A stretch of DNA of 62,274 bases, filler included, from Sphacelaria rigidula (Eukaryota): assembly GCA_964200075.2 (NCBI GenBank). It is 6 parts of 6 records of this genome, joined end to end, with 100 filler letters (N's around TTAATTAATTAA, not from the genome) between each part and the next. Parts side by side here need not be neighbours in the genome. Positions count along the whole stretch, not along the records: positions 10,398 to 20,694 come from CAXNAA020006768.1; positions 20,795 to 31,090 come from CAXNAA020006769.1; 4 more parts are not named here. The stretch is one strand, 5' to 3'. Shown piece by piece: positions 11,986-23,459 of this stretch. The notes below the pieces were generated by a model. The model made no database searches, was not told the DNA's origin, and saw only the letters and a program-made list of their open reading frames with translations. A program made the translations under genes and the position numbers. How positions within the stretch are numbered: the stretch's first letter is position 1; each line of letters starts with the position of its first letter.

Positions 11986-13237
11986 ACAAACTCAATACTA
12001 CTTTTGAATCATGTGTACACGTTTGTAAGTATGAACCTCACGCATGGTTGTCTAGCGCTTAGTAAACAACCAAGCGACTGCTGAGGTAGCTGTTACTAAA
12101 AGCTCGTGAATGCAACTGCACGTATCGACTCAGCTACGAAGCCTCGGAGAATATTTCCTGCAAGAGCATTTGTGCATCGAAATCACGTCTTGAACGCAAG
12201 CATTGGCACATACCGACTGAAATGACTACCTTGTAGTCAAGGAGTTGATCCCCTACGCGTTGCTTGGATGGTCAATATTCATGCTGAACATGCCACCTAT
12301 TTGATCAATGTATGATGTTCGCACACTAAATTCGGATCACGTGCCGCCTACCCGAGCGTTACAAGTGCTTGCGTGTGTGAGTAATTGAATCTTCGAAAAC
12401 CCTCTCACCATGATCTTCCCGCGTTCATCGCAGTAATCCTTCTTGAACTCAGGTCGTGCTCGGAACAGAAATCTCTCCTGCAGCGACACAAAAACAAAAC
12501 ATAGAATATGATGGTAAAAGCTCTTCAGGAGCACGAAGAACCTAGCGTTGAGGGGATGGACAAGAGAGAGATAAAAGTCATAAATCAACGACGTTGACCT
12601 GCAGTATCTACAGGACGTAAAGTACAATGACCGAAGCCGTAACGAGTACGGCGCACTTCTCGACGTCAAATATGCATCGACTTGCATGTACCACCTAACG
12701 AAATCCATGATGACTGATAAACTCCGGGTAATGTGTAGAAGTTCAGCTCCAAAATAGACGCAGGTTACGATATAATGTGCCACGGGCACGCTTGTTCCTT
12801 GGCAGTTAGGCAGTTAGTGAGTCAAGAACGATTCACCAGTTCCAAAGATTTGAACAGAGTCTTCCTCTGAATCTCTACCCGGCAATGACAACCGAGTCGA
12901 GCAGAGACTGCAGTTCAGGCAGAACTTTGTTGGTGAGCGCAGAGTTGAAACCAACAAAGGGTATGGTGTACTGCCGCATTTCGGTCTCTGTGCTAGTGTA
13001 ATCACTATCAAGCGCTTCGATCGACCCATGTTTCGTGGTTGTTCAGAGTCTGCTGCGATGCGTTGGTTGACATACCGGGCGGACTACATACACGTAGCCC
13101 TGTTCGGACATGCCAACGAGGACCGCGCTCGTGCCAAGGGAGTGAGCACGACGAGGTAGTCGGCGCTGTCGGCCAGGTTAAAGCGGCTCGCGAAGGCGGC
13201 GGCTGTGGAAATGTCAACAGCAAGATATCAAAATTTC

Positions 13238-13345
13238 CCCATCCTCTTTTTTTGTCTCCTTTTTTTCAGCACACTTTCATCCCTCCCCTTGCTCGGGACT
13301 GTGTGTGGTCTCAAGGGATCAGCCCACCTCTCCCGGTACGGTGCA
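13238..13345 (-). mobile_element. 3' fragment of SINE family 2 (reverse orientation)
   Basis: Reverse complement reads GTACCGGGAGAGGTGGGCTGATCCCTTGAGACCAC..TCCCGAGCAAGGGGAGGG plus an A-rich tail. Confidence 0.7.
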
Positions 13346-13593
13346 CGCCTTGCGACTTGTTATCACTATGATGCGTGAGAGGACCGCGAGCTCAGAGGAC
13401 CGCGCCGTAGTTCAAGACACCGCAGGGTCGATGTTTTTCAAAACCAATCGGGCCAGTCCCTGCAGGTTTCGCTGCGGTCCTCGCACGCATTACAATCACG
13501 TCTTCGACCAGCAATGCCGCATGGCGTCGTCTCTCTCTCGTCAAATACACAAAGACAAATCAAATTTCATCGGCAGTTCGAAAAATGCCGTGT

Positions 13594-13897
13594 GCGCCCC
13601 GGTGGTGTAATGGTCCAAATTTCGCATTAGGGGGGAGAGAACGGGGTTCGATTCCCGATGCGTTGGGTTTTTTCTTCGTAACGTATAATTTCCACCGTGG
13701 AAAGCGTGAGAACGTGAGTCAACAAAATAGTCGACTGGGTTTGTGTGACGTGAGTTCACGCGGTGCGGGGGTGCTGACCCAATCCGCGAGACCAAAACAA
13801 AAGGCACGTACCGGGGGAGAGATGGGTTAATCCCTTGAGACCACGGACTCATCCCGAGGAAGGGGAAGGGTTCGAATTGTAAGGGGGGGAAAAAAAC
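13594..13897 (+). mobile_element. Near full-length tRNA-derived SINE (family 2)
   Basis: Pol III box A (TGGTGTAATGG) and box B (GGTTCGATTCC) at tRNA-like spacing, no pairable acceptor stem, and a body whose 3' end recurs twice nearby. Confidence 0.7.
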
Positions 13898-14862
13898 GGG
13901 AAGCACTAGCTGCCAAAATGCTCTCCGGGAAGTTGCAACATCTGTCTTGGTCTTGAGTGTTATGTGCGACAGTAAATCGATTGATCAATCATTTATTTGT
14001 CGGGCCCATACATTGGATTGACTGATCCAAGAAAATTTAATCAACCTTCCTGCTACAACATGGCACTTTTGCTTCGAAAGTAGGCGGCAATTGGAGATAT
14101 GCATATCAACCACCAGAGCCACGCAAGATCCTACTGGCTGGTGGGAGCTCTGACTCCGCAAGACTTGAGGCTCAGCTTCCGAGCATGCATGATAAATCCG
14201 GCGTACGCAGTTGGGCTCATTCCAATTCTCGTACAATAGACGTATCAAGTCCACATTTCTTGTCAGCCCATAAAATAAACCAAGTTCACTCCCGCCAAAC
14301 TGGACTTGACCAGACGACCCGTATCGCAGTTTCCTATTACCTTCATTGGTCGCGTAGAATGTGAATTATCTTCGGCGCTTCAAGAATACAACATCCAAAT
14401 TACCGTAACGTTTCAGGTGTTGTAGTTGAGAACATGCTGCAGTATCGTAGTTGGGAACATGCTGTATAGTAGTATTGGCCCGACAAGAGGCCGCAGAAAA
14501 TCATATAGACAGAGCTTCGGTTAGTCCACACTGACACCTATACTTCACCCACAAGTTGCCTAACTCGATTATCAAGGTGGTGTGCTTCTAGAGCAACACT
14601 ATCACAGGCTGGACCCGTAAGCGTTTTGGCGTACGTTATATCTGAGTGAGTTACGGTGAACTGCAGAAGGTTTGCTGTGAGGCTGGACCTTCCCGTACGT
14701 GATGAAGGCTCATCGACTGTACATATGTGGTGCCATCCTACCCCATCCGCCACCGCTTTGACCACGACGTCGTTACGTTTGAGTCGCTGTTGCAAGTGTA
14801 GCCCATGCGCATATTTTGCCCACAAGCCTCGAGCTTGAGTCGCTACAAGTCCCAAATATTTG

Positions 14863-14946
14863 CACACACACACACACACACAGACACACAGACACACAGA
14901 CACACAGACACACAGACACACAGACAGACACACACACACACACACA
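14863..14946. repeat. Compound (CA)n/(CACACAGA)n microsatellite
   Basis: Directly visible. Confidence 0.95.
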
Positions 14947-17015
14947 AAACGCTAAACCAACAACGACATACCGATAACGACAAAATCTCCAAGAATTAAT
15001 ACCGAAAAGTTTCACTATCATCGAGATTGCACGCGGCGGTGTATGTAGGTACAATGCTAGGAAAATCGTAGGAATGACAACAGAAAATAACATAATCCAG
15101 TCGTGCAGGTTTAGCATCGTGTGGTCATCGCGAAGAGCATTTTTCGCACGTGAAGAGCAAGCCATCTGCAAATACTACGAACGCTACGCTCTAGTCAGTG
15201 TGGTACCGCCTGCGAATAAACAGAGGGCGTGACTGCAGAGAACGCGTCCCGTGTAGTATAGCATGCGTGCCGTTGTAGGCTCTTATTGGCTTATCCATGT
15301 GCATCATAGCCACCACGGCGGCAGCAGTGCAGTCAGCACAACACAGCCGTCCATGAGTTCCAGTTAGTCCCGTACTGACAAAAGCCAAAATCGTCAACGT
15401 TACTTTTCTTTTATCAGGGACACCTGGGCCAGTTAAGAGACTCACGCAACAAAAAAACGTACGCTGGCGACTACAACAATCCTTTCAGGAGTTGCTATTA
15501 CGAATCCATTACTTTTCTTTTATCTCAACACGAATAGACTTATTTCATGCTTTCTGCGCCTCCAAAATACGGATCGGGAGTATCAATCCGAGGATTTTCT
15601 TTCAAGAGTCCCGCTTTTCCATGGGGTCAAAGCACAGGTAGTTTCCAGAGTATTGCAACCATCGAGAGCTCATACTGACCGCCAGGACGCAGCAGTCCCG
15701 AGCCGACAGGAACCACGAAAGACAGTAGCGTTCGTAGTGGATACGATGTATACTCAATTCAAAGGATATGAGGCCCATCTCGTGTGGAAACTTCGAATTT
15801 CGGAAATTCACCGTTGCTAGCGAAAGACACTTCGAGTCAATGCCCCAAGCCTTGTCACTTCAGGTTCGTTCGTGATACGTGTAAAAACGACCAACGATAT
15901 TCGAGAGAGCACCAAGTCCAAACTTTTGGGTGTAATGCAGAGTCGCCGGCCGAGCCTGAGGCAAAAAGGCCTGGAGGCTCACAAAAAATGGAAGGAAGAT
16001 CGAGATGTTGTGCAAGTACTAGTCGGGCAGAAATTAGAAACTCATGATCCCACAAACTGTGTGTGCGCACCGACTTGGAGCATTTGCGTACATACCACTC
16101 GTATGGAGACTTTCGAGGCGGGGTCCAAGGGGGTAGGGGTCAAAAGATCAATGACCTATAACGCTCCAATCATAGGGGTACTCCACTCTCGGCAGCCCAA
16201 GCATGGCCTCAACCACCGATAACCAGCATAACCGCGAGTCCAGGGGTAGTAGTAGCACGGCCTTTGCACCGCAACGTCAATTCGAGGTGAAGAATTGATG
16301 CTAAGATACTGGAAATGAAGCACTGAGTCGGCCCAGCTGGGTTACAGCTACATTTTGACAGCTACACGTCCCAACAACATAGGACGAGCAAAAATATGGC
16401 CTCAGGTGTATTGGTTTCGTACTCCCACAAACAGCCGTACAGTGGATAATACAAAGCGGCCGTAATGCTGTGATTCCAGGAGGGGGAATGTGCCCGTGGT
16501 CGATTCTCTTCCCGAACTGCACCAGCTGCACAATCAGGTATATTCAGCAAAACAATATGCAGGTTGAGTAACAGACGAGGGTAAAGTCGGTGTACCGTAC
16601 CTTACCGTACAGTAGATTACACTACAGACAGTATAGCGCTGTCCGTACTGGACGAGGAACGTGGTGGATACATCAGGCGTTCACCAGATGCATCAATAGT
16701 GATTGGCGACATGGGCACAGCAGTCTGAACACACTGACTAGTTTGTGGTGCATGATCAACTTCCGAAATTAGTCTTCCATCCTGACCAAGTTTAGTTGAG
16801 ACGTCGTGTAGACATATTTCGATTTATGTCAACCCATGAAGGACATGGTGGATCTAGCCGTCGTCACATGATACACGTACCCAAGATATAAAAACGAGAC
16901 AGAAACACTCGCTGAAGGAAAGTGAAGAAAATGCAAAGGTGGAACGAACACAATAAATATACTCAATTAGAAAGATACAAAACGATGGTCGGCCTTCGCA
17001 TGTAGTTCAACCATG

Positions 17016-17264
17016 CGGACGAATCATCGCCGGTTCGAATAACCAAATCCACGATTTTTCCGACAGGATAGCTCAATAGAGAGAAAGAAGTTGACCGCTC
17101 GTCAGACAGTCTCCACGAATTTTTTGCGCCATTCCACGTGCCTGGGCTGCGCGTACCTGGGTTGCAACACTGAAAATAACGCCTTAGGATTGATTCGTGC
17201 GGTACGAATCAAGCACACTAAAGTCAACTAATTTCCAGACGAAATATTCATTCGTGCGACCCTT
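17016..17264 (+). repeat. Dispersed ~250-bp repeat family A (ends ATTCGTCCGACCCTT-like)
   Basis: Homologous to 22098-22338 (+), 28315-28568 (-) and 51981-52043 (+, end only); shared core CCACGTGCCTGGGCTGCGC. Confidence 0.85.
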
Positions 17265-17525
17265 GTATGGTTTCTGGTGGAAAGGGTCCTGCACAATAGC
17301 ACGCGTATTCATCCTCGATCGAGAAACGAAAAAAACATGGTGACAGATTGAGCTCTCACTCATGAACTCTGCGGAATCGAGACGCCAACTGCTACTTGCG
17401 TGCACTGGGAGGAAAGAACACTCGAGTCACTCCGCAGTAGTTGAGCCAAAGACAGACGAGCTCGACAGGGGCATGATTTTTCAACTTAATCTCACTATCC
17501 TGAACATGAGGAGAAAACTACGTAT

Positions 17526-18912
17526 CACAGGCACCGTAGGTAAGGTCGGTACCCGGTACCGGTGTTTGGGCAGGGTATTTCGAGATTTCAATACCTACCG
17601 CACCCGCCCAATCCGGTATTTTCAAATGTCATACCCCTACGATACCTGCGATGCCAGGGTATGTCGAGATTTCAATACCTAGCGTACCCGCCCAATCCGG
17701 TATTTTCAAATGTCATACCTACGATACCTATGCATACCACGGTATGGGATACCGCGGTAAATACCGGGGGTATACCCGGTATTTACCGAACGCGATACAC
17801 TCCCCACGATGCAGCAGCTAGTGCCAACTCACGCTGAGGCCAGAAGCTGTCGGAGCAGGCATGTCTTGTTTTCACAAGTAATTAATACCCAGATCCCCCC
17901 TGAACTGTGTGTTTGGATCAATTCCGATGAACTATTCCCACGTCCTCTGATGTTTTTGGTGTGTGGGTATAAATATTATATCATCATTTGAAGGTATACA
18001 TTGTTCCATGTTTAAGATGAGCATTATACGCAATAATATTCCACGTGCAAGCAAACAAGCAGAAAAAAAACGAAAATGAGGAGAAACAATAAAACGAGGG
18101 GTCGCAGGAGGCGTACAAAATACATAACAATGTCCCAAAATACCAATGAAATAACCTCCCATATCTATATACCGTAAATACTGAGCAATTGCCGGGTGCT
18201 GTGAATGAAAAAATACAACTACACATGGAGGGGAAAACCCTACTTTTGCGTACTACTGCACTAAAAACGCTTCGCACTGTCAGATGACAGTTTTGAATTC
18301 CGTATAGAGGGTGAAGCAGGTACCCGGTACCGGTGTTTGGGACATGTCATACCCTACCGATACCGGTCCAATCCGGTATTTTGATGACAGTTTTGAATTT
18401 CGTGTAGAGGGTGAAGCAGGTACTCGGTACCGGTGTTTGGGACATGTCATACCCTACCGATACCGGTCCAATCCGGTATTTTCAAATGTCATACCTACGA
18501 TACCTACGATACCACGGTATTCCGAGATTTCAATACCTCCCGTACCCGCCCAATCCGGTATTTTCAAATGTCATACCTACGATACCTGCGATAGCATGGT
18601 ATTTCGATATTTCAATACCTAACGTACCCGCCCAATCCGGTATTTTCAAATGTCATACCTACGATACCTGCGATACCAGGGTATGTCGAGATTTCAATAC
18701 CCTACCGATACCGGTCCAATCCGGTATTTTCAAATGTCATACCTACGATACCCGCGATACCAGGGTATGTCGAGATTTCAATACCTAACGTACCCGCCCA
18801 ATCCGGTATTTTCAAATGTCATACCTACGATACCTAGGCATACCACCATATGGGATACCGCGGTAAATACCAGGGGTACGCTCGGTACGGGACCTTACCT
18901 ACGGTGCCTGTG
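17526..18912. mobile_element. Non-autonomous TIR DNA transposon with 8-bp TSD (hAT- or P-type)
   Basis: Perfect 22-bp TIR CACAGGCACCGTAGGTAAGGTC (17526-17547 and 18891-18912) and perfect TSD CTACGTAT (17518-17525 and 18913-18920). Internal ~82-bp tandem arrays, no credible ORF. Confidence 0.92.
18283..18880 (+). repeat. ~82-bp tandem array (core CAATCCGGTATTTTCAAATGTCATACCTACGATACC) preceded by a 100-bp tandem duplication
   Basis: Core copies near 18469, 18551, 18632, 18717 and 18799, also 17609 and 17692. 18283-18382 is duplicated at 18383-18482. Confidence 0.93.
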
Positions 18913-20469
18913 CTACGTATGCATCTGGAGATGAGCTGCGCACGGTATCAAAAACTCATCACTGGGGCTCATCGTAGGGAGCCTCATGGCTCGGGATCAA
19001 AGTTAAATACACGTCTTGTACACACCTATCTTTGAGAAAGGAAAATATGACTTACCGCGCAAACACCGAAAGCGTCGAGGCCAAACTCAGCGTTCAGCCG
19101 CGCCAACTGCTCCACAACCATCAGGTCTGTGTTCATCTCCAGGAAGCTCATTGGGTTTTTGTTGTGCGCTTGAATCACCACCACCTGTCATTTCATTCAT
19201 CAGATGTCAAGGACTACACTACGGTAATCCTCTGGCGATTGTGAGCGCTGACCAGCGTGAACGATAAAAGGAAAAACCGCCCAGGTATAGCTCACACCTC
19301 AATGGCAACTTGAGGGGCAGTATCCTGAACGAGTAATAACAGATTTTGATGAGGCAGACGCCTGGTTCTACGTCGAGACGCATGCCATTCAACCGCGCTG
19401 CGGCCATGTATTCCTCCTGACTGGGCGTTGGGATCGCAGTGTAAGGATAATATGCGAGCTGGGTGGCTTTGCAAAGGCGTAGGCAGACAAGGCCGTCGAC
19501 CCGTCATTACCGAGCATCTTGGATAGTAACCAAAGCGCGGGTGTCGTTGTGGTATCTCAACACCCCGTGCAGTACACTAGGACTCCGGGTTGGCTACGAT
19601 TCTCCGTGGCATAACTAGAATGGTCACAACCGTGGGGTGAGGAAGGCACTCAAGTTCATACGCAGTCCACCTTCGCCGGATATATACCTGAATATTACAT
19701 CGGCTCGCGCTGCATTTGATTCCAATCTTGCAGAAAAGTAAAACGTCCGCGAAGATCTGCGAAACATTGTGAATAAACTCCGCGACAAAAAAAGCAAAAC
19801 AACTGTGTATCTGTACCATATCAAGCTTGATCAACACTTTTGCGCTGTGCTGATAGCGCCGGGCAGCCGGTCCTTTGACGCCGTGCAGGGGGCCAGCAAA
19901 GAATTTTTCCATCACGGGCTACTGGCATTAGGTATTGTGTTGGCGCGTCTACGGCGAGGAAGCGAGGGTGCAATAGAATTGGTGCTAGGGGGCGATAAGT
20001 CCATGTAAGCGTGATAAACATAGCAGGTCTAGACGTACCACCGTGACAAGGCCTTCATGTTTCTTACAAGAATAAGCATATGCTCTAGCGGTGAAGTCAC
20101 CCTGACGGAGGTATGACGCGGCTAGTTTCATCACCATGATAACCACTCCATGTGTCAACGCATCTCTTGCATGTAGAACGCAGCACTCCAACGTCCAGCC
20201 TCATCCCCTCGCTTTTACACCCACACGCCTGACAGCCATCACCGCGCTCATTTGATTACGTCGACCGTGTAAAAAAGAAGCATCTCAGTGACGAAAAAAC
20301 AAAAATAAACAAGATTGAGACAACAGTGATGCGATATCGAGGGTATTCTCCTTCTCCTCCCCAACAAAGCCCCAGCTTGGTCCGGCGACAACCCGGGGTG
20401 CTCTGTCCCGGCTTTGTAGGGATGCGGGATCAATGGTCTTATAACTATGGTATGCATGGTCATGAGTAC

Positions 20470-20565
20470 ACCCTCCTCCCCCCCCCCCAGAGGCTCCGTC
20501 TCGAAAGGGATGCGTGGTCAATGGTCAAATGACTAAGGCAAGCAACAAATGAGTACGTCCCCCCA
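20470..20565 (+). repeat. Dispersed repeat family B
   Basis: GTCTCGAAAGGGATGCGTGGTC..TGGTCAAA.GACTAAGGCAA.CAACAAATGAGTACG recurs at 39757-39840 (+) and ~49855-49945 (-). The adjacent 20370-20420 segment matches 62231-62274. Confidence 0.85.
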
Positions 20566-20694
20566 GAGGCATAAATGCCAAGACCTACTGCACTCATGAA
20601 GTAAGCACCTTACCGATGACCGACCACATGACCTACGAGAAGGAGCTCCAAGCGGTACGTAGACTTCTTAAGATCTCGAAGGATAGAAGCTGGT

Positions 20695-20794
20695 NNNNNN
20701 NNNNNNNNNNNNNNNNNNNNNNNNNNNNNNNNNNNNNNTTAATTAATTAANNNNNNNNNNNNNNNNNNNNNNNNNNNNNNNNNNNNNNNNNNNN
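20695..20794. other. Artificial 100-bp contig linker
   Basis: N run with TTAATTAATTAA. Confidence 0.98.
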
Positions 20795-22097
20795 GATGTG
20801 CCGCCTATTTTTATTTTGTTCTGTCTTGGTGTGGTGGTGTCCCTCCCCCTCCCCTTGGTCGGAGGGGGGGGGGGGGGGGGGGGGGCGCTGCCACCCTTAT
20901 ATATATATATGCGTGTGTATCCGCATCATATAGAGTACAGAGTACAGTACAGACATCTGGACAACACAGTATCGTATATTCATATTGCGCGGGTGGAGAT
21001 CATGAGCGGTAACCCTACCGCTGCATATCGGGTGGTATGGCATATGCGAAGATTTTTCAAGCCGTAGCATATACAGGCTCACCGCTGTGAGAGTCTCCGG
21101 AGCCAAGCAGAAGATACCCCAAAACTCCAACGTACGCGCTCAACCGTGCTCCACCGTGATACTGTAGACCGCTGCACTTGCGATACCCCCAAGAAGCAAG
21201 TTCGCACTCGTTTGTGATTTCAGCGCCCCAAGGCCACAAAAAGGGTCGTTAACGCGTAGAATTGGCATGTTCCAGGCGGCCGCGGGGCTGTCAGGGCATT
21301 ATTCTCGGAATAGAAGCCCTTGAGAGCTACAAGGGTTGAGTTGGCAATCAACACAACGGGTTCTCGAAGCGATCCCTTTACATAGATTTTATAGAAAGGC
21401 AAACAAAAATGGTCCGTACCGCATGCGAAAAGTGGGGTCGCCGCCTCAGTACTTGGCACCTCTCTCCGCCCGACCGAGGCCGCCAGTTGATCCCTCCCGA
21501 CAATGCCGCCACATCCAAGCATCAAGCATGTCACTGCATGCTCTCGGGGTGTGTAGTCGTGGGAAATTGCGTCGTACAGGGGCACGAGTCGTTGACGATA
21601 ATCAACGTGTCGAGTATATTTTTCATGTCGCTCGGTCGGCAGATATTCCCCCAACATTTTGATACAAAAAACTGATGCACGCGAGATAACACCCCGGAGA
21701 TCGATTCCACGCAGAATCCTTGGACAACCCTATGAATAGCCGCTCGAAGACGTTGGCGCGTAGTGGCGACAGACAAATTGCTCTGGTCTCTACTCGTTAT
21801 GTGGCACTTGATGAAGACACGCCCTGTCCGAACGAAAGGGGCAGAACGGGGTCGAACGTTTCGACGTGGCGTCAGCGGCGAAGGTCAGGCACATGAAACC
21901 CACCGTGGGCATCCAACTTGTCTCTTCAATACCAACTTGTCTCTTCAATACCCGATAAAATAATGTGACATTAACTTCCTACCAGCAATTTCATTCTTTG
22001 CAGTCCTCCATGATGATATGAGCTTTTTTTCCATCCGTGCTGTGGTGGTTGTCCGTGTCGGAACCCCGCGATCCATCTAGGCTACATAAAAAAATAT

Positions 22098-22338
22098 CAC
22101 GGTTCGGACGAGTCATCGCCGGTTCGAATCACCAAATCCGAGGTATTTCAGGCCTGGTTGCTTTAAAGAGAGAAAAAAAAGTCGACCGCAGGTCATAAAG
22201 GTCTCGACGCAATTTTCGTGCCATTACACGTGCCTGGGCTGCGCTGAAAACAAAGCCTAAGGATTGATTCGTACGGTACGAATCAATCGTACTAAAATCA
22301 AGTAATTTACAGATGAATCATTGATTTATCCGACCCTT
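22098..22338 (+). repeat. Dispersed repeat family A copy
   Basis: Aligns by eye with 17016-17264. Confidence 0.85.
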
Positions 22339-23388
22339 CAAAAATGTAATGGAGGTGTACAGTAGATCGATGTGTGCTTGCTTCCTTTCCGCTACCGGAG
22401 CGGACCCGAAGAAATTAACAGAAAGCCTGAGGATTTTGAAAGCTGTTTCGCGATACAAGAGGTGTTATGAATGCATCATATATTCCCGGATTGAAGCACT
22501 GGTGATACAGGAGACAAGAGACGCGTGTCAAAAAGGGAATTTGCCATCCATGCCGCCATGAAAGGATGCTGCTGTGTTACGAGGTACTAGGGTATGTCTT
22601 TAGAATGCGATCGCTCTAAAGTGGTCCGGACATGTTGAAAACCTTGAGCCATTTCCTTTCCCGTATCCTCCACCTCTTCCCGTAACTTGCTCACGACCGT
22701 CACATAACAGCCAAAGGATGAATCAGCTGGAAGCCAGGGCGGAGGCGCTGCAGCAGCAGCTAGATCAGGTGTGTGAAATAATATGCTACAACATATCGCC
22801 GAGATCATGTATGTTCCAATCTAGCGTTGTGTAGATTGTAGTACAGCGCAGCTGAATCGGGTGTGTAAAAAACTGCGCAGCAGCACAACACGAACACTAA
22901 AGTAGTGGGGCATCCTGGGCGAAAGGGTTGGGTCGCCAATGCTTTAGAAAAACAAAAAGACGAGTAAAAAACCCGGAACTAACTGTGCGAGTGGTCAGCT
23001 AGAGGTACAAAGTCTTGGCGTGCCTCACAAGCAAATTGTACTTGTCTTTGTCGGCCATCTCGCTGCCAAAACCGACAACATATTTTGTGACAATGATTGG
23101 ACCGGCCAATTTGTGCTTTTGCTCAAGTGCGACCGGTGTCTACATACGTCGCTCTTGCGAGCTCTCTCGAGTTTTGAAGAGGCGCGGTGGAGGAGGGTCG
23201 CAGCGCTCGCTGCGTAACTGTGGCCTTAAAAGCGCGAGATAAACGAACAAGGGACGGGAATGGTGAACGCTAGCGTACCTCTTGTCATATTTTCAGTTCG
23301 TAGGGAAATTACGAACGAGAGCCCGGATCACAATTGGCACATGAAATCGCCGTTTCCATCATCGCCACCGGGTTCATCACCAACACGT

Positions 23389-23415
23389 TCATCATCATCA
23401 TCGTCATCATCATCG

Positions 23416-23459
<44 letters not shown>
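23389..23459. repeat. (TCA)n trinucleotide microsatellite (poly-Asp on the minus strand)
   Basis: About 23 TCA/TCG units; the TCG interruptions are synonymous only in the GAT/GAC (Asp) and TCN (Ser) readings. Confidence 0.95.

Larger units (their letters stand above)
10616..13202 (-). pseudogene. Decayed multi-exon coding module, weakly 3'-5' exonuclease-like; possibly the 3' part of the KDZ-like gene upstream
   Basis: GT-AG-bounded blocks 13202-13076, 12970-12837, 12477-12409, 12252-12214, 11792-11745, 11370-11284 and 10688-10616 chain with compatible phases. They contain one frameshift and three internal stops: ...VLVGMSEQGYVYVVRP|YTIPFVGFNSALTNKVLPELQSLLDSVVIAG*...KRTTVRGGWNRCHR*AAITAAEAAFHS. 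Confidence 0.35.
14690..20246 (-). pseudogene. Decayed intron-containing CxC-cysteine-cluster + KDZ (Kyakuja-Dileera-Zisupton)-like transposase
   Basis: Colinear minus-strand remnants: CQACGCK...VLRST (~20246-20170); GDFTARAYAYSCKKH (20101-20042); EKFFAGPLHGV...HSAKVLIKLDM (to 19817); IFADVLLFCKIG...NIQ (19756-19688); EEY...(19416-19298); LNAEFGLDAFGVCA (19126-19056); PITIDAS (16781-16685); TGLTGTHGRLCCADC..VVAMMHMDKP (~15380-15240); QMAC...VIPTIF (~15175-15050); YLGLVATQARGLWAKYAHG...VGWH (~14860-14690). Several junctions are in-phase GT-AG; stops and frameshifts are present. Confidence 0.45.

Noticed and set aside
13594-13665. tRNA gene
   Set aside because: Box A and box B are present, but the acceptor stem and anticodon arm do not pair and it runs into a repeated body; treated as a SINE head. 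The same applies to 50771-50840 and 57331-57400.
18469-18880. CRISPR-like array (36-bp conserved core with ~46-bp intervening sequence)
   Set aside because: The intervening segments are homologous to each other, the array lies inside a TIR/TSD element, the context is eukaryotic and no cas genes are present.
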